A stretch of 25,326 bases of DNA, taken from Candidatus Woesearchaeota archaeon. Its GTDB lineage: Archaea > Nanobdellota > Nanobdellia > SCGC-AAA011-G17 > GW2011-AR17. Under the pieces are notes generated by a model. That model was not told the DNA's origin, made no database searches, and saw nothing but the letters and a program-made list of their open reading frames with translations. The DNA lies in NCBI GenBank assembly GCA_964522895.1, contig CAZFZD010000002.1, forward strand, positions 1-25,326, in the 5' to 3' direction. Position numbers and translations under genes: made by a program. This document shows positions 1 to 8,694 of the stretch, piece by piece. Numbering within the stretch: position 1 is the stretch's first letter; every line of letters begins with the position of its first letter.

Positions 1-353
1 TCTGAAAGCCTGTCAAGAAAATTTCTTGCTTTGACTAAATATTGTGATTGGGCCTTTTGGTTTGCTAAAAGATCATAGAGGCTGCTGGTGAAGTTGCTTG
101 CAGCATAAGAGCTGTCAGCAGCCAATACCCTATAGTAATGTGGCCTTATCCTCGTAGCATCCACAAGCGGATAATTGCTTTTTTTCTTGAGATCAGTGTC
201 GACTGCTGCAACAAGTGAAGCGGCCCATTCAAGGTGAGACTTGTCTTTGCTGTCAATGCCTTTCTCAAGCATAAGGTTGTCAAGGCTTGAAGCTGCGGAT
301 TTTAACCTTACGCTCGTATAAAACAATCCTGCCTTAGTAACCATGTCGTCCAT
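1..353 (-). CDS. hypothetical protein. The N-terminal 117 codons are in the window and the 3' end runs off the left edge.
   Basis: Manual reverse-strand translation from ATG (rc of 351..353) reads MDDMVTKAGLFYTSVRLKSAASSLDNLMLEKGIDSKDKSHLEWAASLVAAVDTDLKKKSNYPLVDATRIRPHYYRVLAADSSYAASNF... and stays open to position 1. It is not in the supplied ORF track. A TATA-like TTTAAATA lies 24 nt upstream. I recognised no family. Confidence 0.4.
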   Translation of the reverse strand, partial: MDDMVTKAGLFYTSVRLKSAASSLDNLMLEKGIDSKDKSHLEWAASLVAAVDTDLKKKSNYPLVDATRIRPHYYRVLAADSSYAASNFTSSLYDLLANQKAQSQYLVKARNFLDRLS

Positions 354-376
354 GGAAAATTAGCAATACTGAAATC

Positions 377-384
377 TTTAAATA
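377..384 (-). promoter_or_regulatory. TATA-box-like element for the leftward partial gene
   Basis: TTTAAATA (rc TATTTAAA) sits 24 nt upstream of the ATG at 353. The same spacing recurs across the window. Confidence 0.35.
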
Positions 385-408
385 ATTATTGCAGTATTTC
401 GCAAAATC

Positions 409-416
409 TTTATAAA
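409..416 (+). promoter_or_regulatory. TATA-box-like element for valS (leaderless-type spacing)
   Basis: TTTATAAA ends 24 nt before the ATG at 440. There is no Shine-Dalgarno (SD) site in between. Confidence 0.4.
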
Positions 417-439
417 GCAGCTTGATTTAACAAGATTCC

Positions 440-2827
440 ATGCCAAATCCCAAAATCAAGGAAAAAAAGTGGACAAAAGACCAGGAGGGAGAAATATATG
501 AATCCTGGAAAGCTGATAAGGTCAATCACTTTGATGAGAATTCTGACAAACCAGTATATTCTATTGATACTCCTCCGCCTTATGTAAATGCTCCTGTGCA
601 TATAGGGCAAGCAACAACTTACGTGTTGATGGACATGTTTGCAAGGTTCAAGAGAATGACGGGGCATAATGTTTTATTCCCATTAGGATTAGACAGGAAT
701 GGCCTTCCTATCGAAATGGCTGTTGAAAAGAAGTTTAAAGTTAAACTAACAGAAACTCCCAGAGAAGAGTTTCTCGAGCTTTGCAAACAAGTTCTGGAAG
801 AGTCAAGTACTACCTCTACAGACACTTTTCTCAGACTGGGAATAAGCTTCAATTCATGGGAAATCGGGAAAAATCTAGGCAACATATACCTTACTGATTC
901 TGATGATTACAGGCAATTGACACAAGAAACTTTCATAGACATGTGGCACAAGAACCTGATTTATGAAGATACAAGGATAAACAATTGGTGCCCAGGTTGC
1001 CAAACTACGCTAGCTGATGCTGAAGTGGATTATGATGAGCTAAAAACAAAGTTTAATGACATAATCTTCAAAGTGAAAGAGACTGGAGAGGAGATTATAA
1101 TAGGTACCACAAGACCTGAATTAGTATGCACATGCGGCATGGTAATCTTTAATCCTGAAGATGAGAGGTATCAACATCTTGAAGGAAAGACCGCGATAAG
1201 CCCTGTTTTCAACAAGGAGATTCCTATCAAGAGCCATAAGCTTGCAGAAATAGACAAGGGAACTGGCCTAGTTATGATGTGTTCTGCTGGAGATTTGTCT
1301 GACATACGATTCTTTCGCGATATGAACCTAAAGCCAGCCATTGCAATCAATAAGGACGGCACGATGAATGAGAATGCCGGTTTTTTAGAAGGTCTTAAGG
1401 TAAAAGATGCCAGAAAGAAGATGATTGAAGAGCTTGAAAAGCAGGGATTGCTTGTGAAACAAAAGACAGTGATGCATAGGACACCCGTATGTGAAAGAAG
1501 CCAGGATCCTATTGAATTCATCGAAATGAGCGAATTTTACATAAAACAAGTTGACAAAAAAGAAAGAATGAAGGGCATAGCAAAGGAGCTTAACTTTTAT
1601 GCGCCTGAGTCCAGGCAGATTCTTCTTGACTGGATAGATAAAATTTCGATAGATTGGCCAATAACAAGAAGGAGATATTATGCCACTGAAGTGCCACTCT
1701 GGTACTGCAAGGAGTGTAATGAGCCATTCGTTCCTCCTAAAGGGAAGTATTACAAACCATGGAAAGAGAAGCCACCTATAGAAAAATGCCAAAAATGCGG
1801 ATGCAAGGAATTCAGGGGAGAAGAGAGAGTATTCGATACATGGTTTGATTCTTCAATATCGCCATTATACATCTTAAAGTATTCACGCAAACAAAATTTC
1901 TTTGAAAAGAATTCTCCCTGCTCATTAAGGCCCCAGGGCAAGGAAATAATAAGAACATGGCTCTATTATACGTTGCTGAAATGTGATTACCTTACAAACA
2001 TGACAATTTTCAAAGATGTATGGATTAATTACCATATCCTTGACGGTAATGGAAAAAAGATGAGCAAATCAAAAGGCAATGTCATAAATCCGCAAGACGT
2101 CCTGAAACAGTTCGGTGCAGAACCTTTTAGAATGTGGACTGCAATTGAAGGAAATCTTGACAAAACAGATTTCAGGTGCTCAATGGACAGAATAGATGGA
2201 ACAAGAAAAACTCTCGTAAAATTATGGAATGTCGCAAGGTTCGTTTCAATGTTTGAAAGCACAGGCAAAAACCCAAAGCTCAATGAATTGGATCAATGGA
2301 TTCTAAAAGAAGTCAATGGGCTTGTTGAAATATCTAAAGAATGTTATTCAGAATACAATTTTCATAAACCGGCAATAAATATAAAACATTTCCTCTGGGA
2401 AACATTCTCTTCACATTATCTCGAATTGGTGAAAAACAGAGCATACAATCCTGAAGGAAATTATTCAGAAGAAGAACAGGAAGGGGCAATCTTTACCCTC
2501 AACAAGTGTCTTAAAATATTGTTGAAACTTCTTGCTCCAATATTGCCCATGCTCACTTACAAACTTTACAAAGGGCTCAATGATAAAGATATACATATAC
2601 AGCAATTCCCTGAAAAAGAGGAACATGTTAGCAAGGTGGATTCCAAAAAGCTTATTGAGCTTAATAGTTCAATCTGGAAAGAGAAAAAAGATAATGGCCT
2701 GAGCCTTAGGTCAGAAATCAAGAGACTTATTCTTACAGAGGAATTTAAGATAATAGAAAAAGATTTAATTGCCGCGCACAATGTAATTGATGTCAGTTAC
2801 GGTAATAAAATCAAGATTGAGCTTTAG
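440..2827 (+). CDS. valS: valyl-tRNA synthetase (class I aaRS, archaeal type)
   Basis: The N-terminus YSIDTPPPYVNAPVHIGQATTYVLMDMFARFKRMTGHNVLFPLGLDRNGLPIE matches the archaeal ValRS IDTPPPTVSG-HIGH block. The editing-domain TTRPE motif (GTTRPELVCTCGMVIFNPEDERY), WCPGCQTTLADAEVDY and KMSKS (GKKMSKSKGN) are all present. Length is 795 aa. Confidence 0.88.
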   Translation: MPNPKIKEKKWTKDQEGEIYESWKADKVNHFDENSDKPVYSIDTPPPYVNAPVHIGQATTYVLMDMFARFKRMTGHNVLFPLGLDRNGLPIEMAVEKKFKVKLTETPREEFLELCKQVLEESSTTSTDTFLRLGISFNSWEIGKNLGNIYLTDSDDYRQLTQETFIDMWHKNLIYEDTRINNWCPGCQTTLADAEVDYDELKTKFNDIIFKVKETGEEIIIGTTRPELVCTCGMVIFNPEDERYQHLEGKTAISPVFNKEIPIKSHKLAEIDKGTGLVMMCSAGDLSDIRFFRDMNLKPAIAINKDGTMNENAGFLEGLKVKDARKKMIEELEKQGLLVKQKTVMHRTPVCERSQDPIEFIEMSEFYIKQVDKKERMKGIAKELNFYAPESRQILLDWIDKISIDWPITRRRYYATEVPLWYCKECNEPFVPPKGKYYKPWKEKPPIEKCQKCGCKEFRGEERVFDTWFDSSISPLYILKYSRKQNFFEKNSPCSLRPQGKEIIRTWLYYTLLKCDYLTNMTIFKDVWINYHILDGNGKKMSKSKGNVINPQDVLKQFGAEPFRMWTAIEGNLDKTDFRCSMDRIDGTRKTLVKLWNVARFVSMFESTGKNPKLNELDQWILKEVNGLVEISKECYSEYNFHKPAINIKHFLWETFSSHYLELVKNRAYNPEGNYSEEEQEGAIFTLNKCLKILLKLLAPILPMLTYKLYKGLNDKDIHIQQFPEKEEHVSKVDSKKLIELNSSIWKEKKDNGLSLRSEIKRLILTEEFKIIEKDLIAAHNVIDVSYGNKIKIEL

Positions 2828-2841
2828 CTCTTTAATTTAAA

Positions 2842-3939
2842 ATGGCATTAACCAGCTTACAGAAACATAAACTTAAGAAGTTTGTGAGGAATTTGGAAAA
2901 AATAAGGGGCAGGCACACTGAACTCGTGTCTGTGTATATCCCTGCAGGCTATGACTTGAATAAGATATTGACTCATCTGTCGCAAGAGCAGGGAACCGCC
3001 TCTAACATAAAAGACAAGAACACAAGGACAAGAGTGATTGACAGCCTTGAAAAGATGATAAGGCATCTGAGAGTATACAAAAAGACTCCGGAGAACGGCC
3101 TTGCAGTCTTTGCAGGCGATGCTGCTGAGAGAGAAGACAAAGTAGATATCAAAGTGTGGAGCATCGAACCGCCCTCACCAATCAATGTCAGGACTTACAG
3201 GTGCGACCAGTCATTCCAGCTCGATATATTGAAAGATTTTCTTGAACACAAGGAGATGTATGGGCTGATAATCCTTGACAGGAAAGAAGCGACAATCGGA
3301 ATGCTGAAAGGCACGCAGATAACTGAATTGGTAAGCATGCATTCCAGTGTTCCAGGAAAGTTCAAGGCAGGAGGGCAATCAGCTCAGAGATTCTCAAGGA
3401 TAAGGGAAGAAGCAACTAAAGAGTTCCTGAACAGGATCAACAATGCTGCACAAAAAGAATTCTTGGGATTGAAGAATCTCAAGGGAATATTGCTAGGCGG
3501 GCCCGGCAATCTAAAACACGACCTTATGAATTCCAGCTATTTCAACAATGAACTTAAGGAGAAGGTTATCTCTGTCCAGGATTTGAGTTATACTGGCGAG
3601 TTCGGATTGAATGAGCTTGTAGAAAAGAGCAAGGAAGTGATTGCAAAGGAAATCATATCTGAAGAAAAGGAGATAATGAACAAGTTCATGAAATTGCTCG
3701 CAAAGAACGAGAAGATGGTAGCCTATGGAAAAGCTGAAGTTGAGCAGGCATTGGACATGAATGCAGTTGATAAACTGCTTATTTCAGAAGAAGTAGATGA
3801 GAAACTATCGGAAGAACTGGAAGACAAGGCTGAAAGTGCGGGCACTGAAGTCATATTTATTTCTACAGAAACAAATGAAGGGCTGCAATTGAAAGAATTG
3901 GGCGGCCTAGGCGCATTGTTAAGATACGCTCTGCATTGA
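2842..3939 (+). CDS. prf1: peptide chain release factor aRF1
   Basis: GGQ motif (KFKAGGQSAQRFSR), NIKS-type loop (TASNIKDKNTR), YxCxxxF motif (YRCDQSF) and a typical aRF1 N-terminus (KLKKFVRNLEKIRGRHTELVSVYIP). Confidence 0.92.
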   Translation: MALTSLQKHKLKKFVRNLEKIRGRHTELVSVYIPAGYDLNKILTHLSQEQGTASNIKDKNTRTRVIDSLEKMIRHLRVYKKTPENGLAVFAGDAAEREDKVDIKVWSIEPPSPINVRTYRCDQSFQLDILKDFLEHKEMYGLIILDRKEATIGMLKGTQITELVSMHSSVPGKFKAGGQSAQRFSRIREEATKEFLNRINNAAQKEFLGLKNLKGILLGGPGNLKHDLMNSSYFNNELKEKVISVQDLSYTGEFGLNELVEKSKEVIAKEIISEEKEIMNKFMKLLAKNEKMVAYGKAEVEQALDMNAVDKLLISEEVDEKLSEELEDKAESAGTEVIFISTETNEGLQLKELGGLGALLRYALH

Positions 3940-3983
3940 AGCAAACATAAAGTTTAAAAATCCAAATTTCTTATGAAAGGGTT

Positions 3984-4571
3984 ATGGAAGATGTTAAAAA
4001 CCGTATAGAAGCAATTCTCTTTACTACAGGAAGATTCATGGATATTGAGGAAATCGGAAAACTGACAAACATAGCTTCTGTCGGGATTGTGAAAGATGCG
4101 ATGGAATCGCTTGTGCACGAATATAATGAAAGAGAGGGTTCGCTTGAAATCTCTCAGGAAAATAACAAGTACAAGCTGGCAATAAGAAAAGATTACGTCT
4201 ATTTAACTTCAAAGTTGCTCAATGACAGTGAACTTGACAGGCCCACCCAGGAGACCTTGGCAGTAATAGCTTACAAGCAGCCAGTATTACAGGCTGAAGT
4301 CGTAAAAATAAGAGGCAATAATTCATACGACCATATAAAATCCCTTAAGGAGAACGGATTCATTACTTCAGAGAAACACGGAAGGACCAGGTTGCTAAAA
4401 TTAACTTCAAAATTCTATGACTACTTTGATACAGCTGGCGAAAATATCAAAGCCCTGAAAAGCGCATTTTCTAAAGTTGAAGAGAAAGTCGGGGTAGATG
4501 AAATCCGCGAGATAGAAAAACAGGTTGAAGAGGAGATGGAATCAAAAGAAGAAAAGGAGAACAAGGAGTGA
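3984..4571 (+). CDS. scpB: segregation and condensation protein B (ScpB)
   Basis: IEAILFTTGRFMDIEEI, then ETLAVIAYKQPVLQAEVVKIRGNNSYDHIKSLKENGFI and GRTRLLKLTSKFYDYF reproduce the ScpB double winged-helix signature (LETLAIIAYkQPITraEIeeIRGV...GRP..Y.TT.FL). Confidence 0.82.
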   Translation: MEDVKNRIEAILFTTGRFMDIEEIGKLTNIASVGIVKDAMESLVHEYNEREGSLEISQENNKYKLAIRKDYVYLTSKLLNDSELDRPTQETLAVIAYKQPVLQAEVVKIRGNNSYDHIKSLKENGFITSEKHGRTRLLKLTSKFYDYFDTAGENIKALKSAFSKVEEKVGVDEIREIEKQVEEEMESKEEKENKE

Positions 4572-4575
4572 TATC

Positions 4576-6039
4576 ATGAAAAAGGCACACATAGTCCTTT
4601 TTGTTATCTTTATCGTAGTTTTTCAATTCAGGCTTCTTTTCGCATTTCAAACACCTTATTTAAGTTCTGATGATGCCTATTATAATCTTAGGTCTGCTGA
4701 AAAGATTACAGAAGATTTTAGCCCTATGCTTTTTGATGAGTTAAGCTATGGCGGAAGATATATTATCGATTCTCATCTATTTCATTATTTTCTTGCATTC
4801 CTTAACTTAATCCTTCCAATGAGCATAGTGTTCAAGCTTATCCCTGAACTATTGTTTGCATCATTGGTTTTTATCGTGTATGCAATCGCTAAAAAGATTA
4901 CTGAAAACAGCCATGCTGCACTTTTTGCGGCTTTCATTTCTGGTTTCATCCCTATACTGATAAGCAATACGCTGAATAATCTTACAGAATATGCATTGCT
5001 TTTCCCATTGTTGTTTTATCAAGTCTATTGTATGCTTAATCTTAAAACACATATGACCAAGTTCATAGTGCTGTCTTTCATATTGCCCTTATTGCATCCT
5101 TTCAGTTTCATACTCAGCATTGCAATGATATTTTACATAATACTGCTGAACCTTGAAGGGAAAAAGGTAGTAAAGGTACAAAGAGAAAGCATATTATTCT
5201 ACATCCTTATAGGCCTGCTGATCAACCTCATACTATACAAGAAAGCTTTCCTTGTTTCAGGGCTGCAGGCTGTATGGCAGAACATACCCCGTGCGCTTCT
5301 TGCAGAACATTTTGCCAACATAAACGTGCTTGCACTAATATACAACATAGGCTTTATACCATTAATCCTTGGGATTTTAGGAATTCTCATTGGAATGTTC
5401 AAGGAAAAACAAAAACCTGCCTATCTTTTAAGCGCAATGATTCTCACAACTTTTGTGCTTCTCTTCCTAAAGCTTATCAGCGTAGAATTAGGAATGATTT
5501 TCTTGGGTATACTTCTTGCAATCATCTCCGCATTGTCAATTGAAAAATTCATCAGCTACCTTGATATGACCAAATTTGTAAAGTATAAGGAAATAATCTT
5601 TTTTATCAGCATAATCCTTATAGTTTTAACCATAATTGTGCCATCTTACTATAATGCGAAAAATGCCCTTGACAATACCATTTCCTTTCAAGAAGTTGAA
5701 GCATTGAAATGGATTAAAGAAAATACAGAAGAAAAAAGCACAATCTTGTCTGCAGTCAATGAAGGGCATTATATAACAGGAATTGCTGACAGAAGGAATG
5801 TGGCGGATGATAATTTCATGCTTGCCCCTGACCGATATTCTGATGTCCAGGAAATGCTTACCACGGAATCACAGGTTAAGGCTCTGCAATTGATGGATAA
5901 GTACAGTGTAGATTATATCTATCTTAGCGAAAGAGCAAAGAAAGCTAAAGGCATAGAACAATTACGCTATGCTGATGAAGAATGTTTTAATAATATTTTT
6001 AAAAATGAAAAAGCGAAAATATACAAGGTATTATGTTAG
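4576..6039 (+). CDS. polytopic membrane protein, STT3/AglB-like GT-C glycosyltransferase homolog with a degenerate WWDYG motif (paralog 1)
   Basis: Start moved to the in-frame ATG at 4576 (MKKAHIVLF...), because the 4525 start overlaps scpB. About 11-13 hydrophobic helices. The first-loop motif SSDDAYYNLRSAE resembles the STT3 FDPYFNYR block. After the last TM, EALKWIKENTEEKSTILS-AVNEG-HYITGIADRRNVADDNF aligns with [26 protein letters not shown] of STT3. Confidence 0.55.
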   Translation: MKKAHIVLFVIFIVVFQFRLLFAFQTPYLSSDDAYYNLRSAEKITEDFSPMLFDELSYGGRYIIDSHLFHYFLAFLNLILPMSIVFKLIPELLFASLVFIVYAIAKKITENSHAALFAAFISGFIPILISNTLNNLTEYALLFPLLFYQVYCMLNLKTHMTKFIVLSFILPLLHPFSFILSIAMIFYIILLNLEGKKVVKVQRESILFYILIGLLINLILYKKAFLVSGLQAVWQNIPRALLAEHFANINVLALIYNIGFIPLILGILGILIGMFKEKQKPAYLLSAMILTTFVLLFLKLISVELGMIFLGILLAIISALSIEKFISYLDMTKFVKYKEIIFFISIILIVLTIIVPSYYNAKNALDNTISFQEVEALKWIKENTEEKSTILSAVNEGHYITGIADRRNVADDNFMLAPDRYSDVQEMLTTESQVKALQLMDKYSVDYIYLSERAKKAKGIEQLRYADEECFNNIFKNEKAKIYKVLC

Positions 6040-7426
6040 TATTGCAATAGTCTTGGCAGTATTCCTGCTTTCCATAGTGCCATTGCTGAGAACCAACCAT
6101 TCTTTTGCAGGCGAAGAAGCATACATGCTGCTGAGGATGGCAGAAAACCAAGGATTTTATGATGCATTGAGTTTTGGAGGCAGGTTCGCGCCTTATGCTC
6201 TGGGAACGGCTTCCATACTAAAGCCCAATCCTGAACTTCTAGGCTATGCATTGCCTTTCATAGCTGGTATGCTTTGCCTCTTATTGTTTCTGGGAATCTT
6301 GAAAAAGTTTGAGATTAAGGAAAGAGGCCTGGCAATAATTTTGTTTGTGCTTTCCCCTTCTTTCATCTATCTCTTTGGCACCCTGAATCAGCTTCTGATG
6401 CCAGTTGTGATTGTGCTATTGGCTTTTTTCGTCATGCTGAGAGATGGAAAAATAAGCTATCTTTCCGTTCCGCTGTTTGCAATCCTTCCTTTCTTCAATT
6501 TCATAGTAACACTTATTGCCTTATTCATGGCTTTTCTTTTGGTACACTTTAAGTTAAAGGGGAAATCTGCAGTATTTTATTCAAGCCTTGGCCTTACATT
6601 GCTCACTGGATTGGGTTTCTTGGGTTATATCTATAAGAATGCTGGATTCGAAAGTTTGCTTTTCACTTACGGTAAAACTGGAATCAATGGCGCAGTACAA
6701 AGATTGTTTGCTGAGATGGGGGGCAAATATGGACTAAGCATCTTCGGCTCAATTCTTGCCATCTTCGGAATAATTAACAATTGGAAAAAGAAGTACAAGG
6801 ACCTGTTTGTTTTCTTTTCGGTTTTTGCCCTTTTCATTCTTATGCTTTTCAGAGTTGAAGCAATAATTTTTATGAATCTATTTATCGCTGTGTTTGCTGC
6901 GAAAGGATTTACCTATTTCCTCAATGCCAGATGGGAAGCGAAAAATCTGCGCTTTTTCATAATCTTAACATTCATCTGCGGTATCCTCTTCATTACAGCA
7001 GCAGAAGAGAACCGCATAATAGATGAAAATCCTAATCTTGCTATGATTGAAGGGATGGAATTTTTAGAAAAACTTCCAAGCGGAACTGTCTTTTCAGATT
7101 ATAGTCGTGGTTTCTGGATAAATTATGCAGGAAAAACAAATGTTATGGACAGCAACTTTAAGTTTGCCCCTGATGTCAATGAAAGATGGAAAGACAGCCA
7201 AACATTATTCTTTACCAGAGACTGGAAAACTGCAAAAAGCATAATTGAAAAATACGAAATAAAGTATGTCTGGATTGATGAAATGCTCAAGCAAAAAATA
7301 TGGAATGATGAGGTTGAAGGGCTCCTTTTCCTTGCAAAATACGGCAAAAATCTAAAGAAGGTTTATGACAATACAGATATGCATGAAGAAATGGGCGTCA
7401 GGATCTGGGAATTTCAGGAAGAATAA
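6005..7426 (+). CDS. polytopic membrane protein, STT3/AglB-like GT-C homolog with a degenerate WWDYG motif (paralog 2)
   Basis: Start placed at ATG 6005 (MKKRKYTRYYV...). It overlaps the upstream gene by 35 nt. The architecture matches the upstream gene: GEEAYMLLRMAE, SFGGRF (upstream gene: SYGGRY), TVFS-DYSRG-FWINYAGKTNVMDSNFKFAPD, and KYEIKYVWIDE (upstream gene: KYSVDYIYLSE). Confidence 0.55.
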   Translation: MKKRKYTRYYVSIAIVLAVFLLSIVPLLRTNHSFAGEEAYMLLRMAENQGFYDALSFGGRFAPYALGTASILKPNPELLGYALPFIAGMLCLLLFLGILKKFEIKERGLAIILFVLSPSFIYLFGTLNQLLMPVVIVLLAFFVMLRDGKISYLSVPLFAILPFFNFIVTLIALFMAFLLVHFKLKGKSAVFYSSLGLTLLTGLGFLGYIYKNAGFESLLFTYGKTGINGAVQRLFAEMGGKYGLSIFGSILAIFGIINNWKKKYKDLFVFFSVFALFILMLFRVEAIIFMNLFIAVFAAKGFTYFLNARWEAKNLRFFIILTFICGILFITAAEENRIIDENPNLAMIEGMEFLEKLPSGTVFSDYSRGFWINYAGKTNVMDSNFKFAPDVNERWKDSQTLFFTRDWKTAKSIIEKYEIKYVWIDEMLKQKIWNDEVEGLLFLAKYGKNLKKVYDNTDMHEEMGVRIWEFQEE

Positions 7427-7428
7427 AA

Positions 7429-8694
7429 ATGCAAATTACAATAACCAGCATAGCAATATGGATTGTTTATGTATTATCATTATTCTTTCTCACATTCTGG
7501 CTTTTGACATTTCTTGAAAAAGGCTTGAAAGATAAGAAACAGAAACTGGATTCTTTTCCAAAAGTTACTGTGAGTGTTCCTGCATACAATGAAGAAGAGG
7601 GCCTGGCAGAAACTGTGAATTCAATATTGGCTCTTGATTATCCCAGGGATAAAGTGGAAATTATCATTGTCAATGACTGTTCCAAGGATAATACGAGAAA
7701 AGTTGCTGAACAGTTGAAAAAAGATAATGCTAACAGAGACATAAAGATAATCAACCATAAAACTAATCTTGGAAAAGGCAGGGGCATGAATAATGCGCTT
7801 AAGCTTGCAAATGGAGAATTCTTCGTGTGCCTTGATGCTGATTCTGTAATCCAGCCTAATGCATTGAAAAAGATGGTTCCTGTGTTCAAGGACAAAAAGG
7901 TTTCAACAGTGCTCCCATTGATGAAAGTGAAGAACCCCAAGGGCATGTTAGGAAAACTGCAATGGTGCGAATATCTCATAAACTTGTTTTATAAAGGAAT
8001 AATGGGCAAGGTAGACTGCATACATGTGTCGCCCGGACCTTTCAGCATATACAGAAAAGAAGCATTAGATAAGGTCGGAGGATTTGATGAGAATAATCTT
8101 ACTGAAGACTTAGAGATCACATTAAGAATGCAGAAAGCCAATTACAAGATTGTACAACTGCTTAATACTGTCGTTTACACTAGAGTTCCCCTTACCTGGA
8201 AAGGTTTTTATAAGCAAAGAAACAGATGGTATAAAGGCACAATGATTAACATGTTCGGATACAAGGACCTTTTACTAAATAAGAAATACGGTGATTTCGG
8301 CATCATACAAATGCCAAAAATCCTATTATCAGGATTCATAGCGGTCTTTGTGTTTTTTCTCATATTGTATCATCTCATAAGACCGCTTTTCATGTGGATC
8401 TATAATTCAACTTTTGTAAATTTCAATCTTGATGTGATGATTGCAAATTTTTACAATACTATAACTAATTTCAATCTTTTAGACCTCAATTACACCAACA
8501 TAATCTTCGGCGCAACAAGCATCATACTGGCCTTAATAATATTAAAACTGGCATTCAAATATACGCAAGAGCGGTACTCAAATCAAGGGTGGCTTTCTGT
8601 GCCGGCTTATTTGATACTTTACGGAATAATTGCTTCAGGCATCTGGCTGGGAGTTTTTATTGACTTAATATTCAGGAGGATACAAAAATGGTAA
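7429..8694 (+). CDS. family 2 glycosyltransferase, processive synthase type (PgaC/NodC/chitin- or cellulose-synthase-like), membrane-integrated
   Basis: N-terminal TM, then VSVPAYNEEE...IIVNDCSKDNT, DAD (VCLDADSV), TED (NLTEDLEITLRMQ) and QxxRW (YKQRNRWYKG), followed by several C-terminal TM helices. Confidence 0.8.
   Translation: MQITITSIAIWIVYVLSLFFLTFWLLTFLEKGLKDKKQKLDSFPKVTVSVPAYNEEEGLAETVNSILALDYPRDKVEIIIVNDCSKDNTRKVAEQLKKDNANRDIKIINHKTNLGKGRGMNNALKLANGEFFVCLDADSVIQPNALKKMVPVFKDKKVSTVLPLMKVKNPKGMLGKLQWCEYLINLFYKGIMGKVDCIHVSPGPFSIYRKEALDKVGGFDENNLTEDLEITLRMQKANYKIVQLLNTVVYTRVPLTWKGFYKQRNRWYKGTMINMFGYKDLLLNKKYGDFGIIQMPKILLSGFIAVFVFFLILYHLIRPLFMWIYNSTFVNFNLDVMIANFYNTITNFNLLDLNYTNIIFGATSIILALIILKLAFKYTQERYSNQGWLSVPAYLILYGIIASGIWLGVFIDLIFRRIQKW

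Noticed and set aside
2842-3939. Possible stop-codon reassignment, suggested by the NIKD variant in aRF1
   Set aside because: TAG (valS), TGA (aRF1, scpB) and TAA (GT2, many others) all end conserved proteins at their expected lengths in this window. None of the motif-supported genes needs an in-frame stop.
4525-4575. Longer N-terminal extensions offered by the ORF track (4525 for the first AglB-like gene, 5969 for the second, 24224 for the NOP2/Sun gene, 13046 for the EF-hand gene, 24782 for the Cys-rich lipoprotein, 17695 for the Sm gene, TTG 15121 for the 96-aa gene)
   Set aside because: In each case the extension overlaps a neighbouring well-supported gene or its promoter. An internal ATG gives a sensible N-terminus (signal or TM start, or a conserved family start), with a TATA box at 22-27 nt or an SD site at the right distance.
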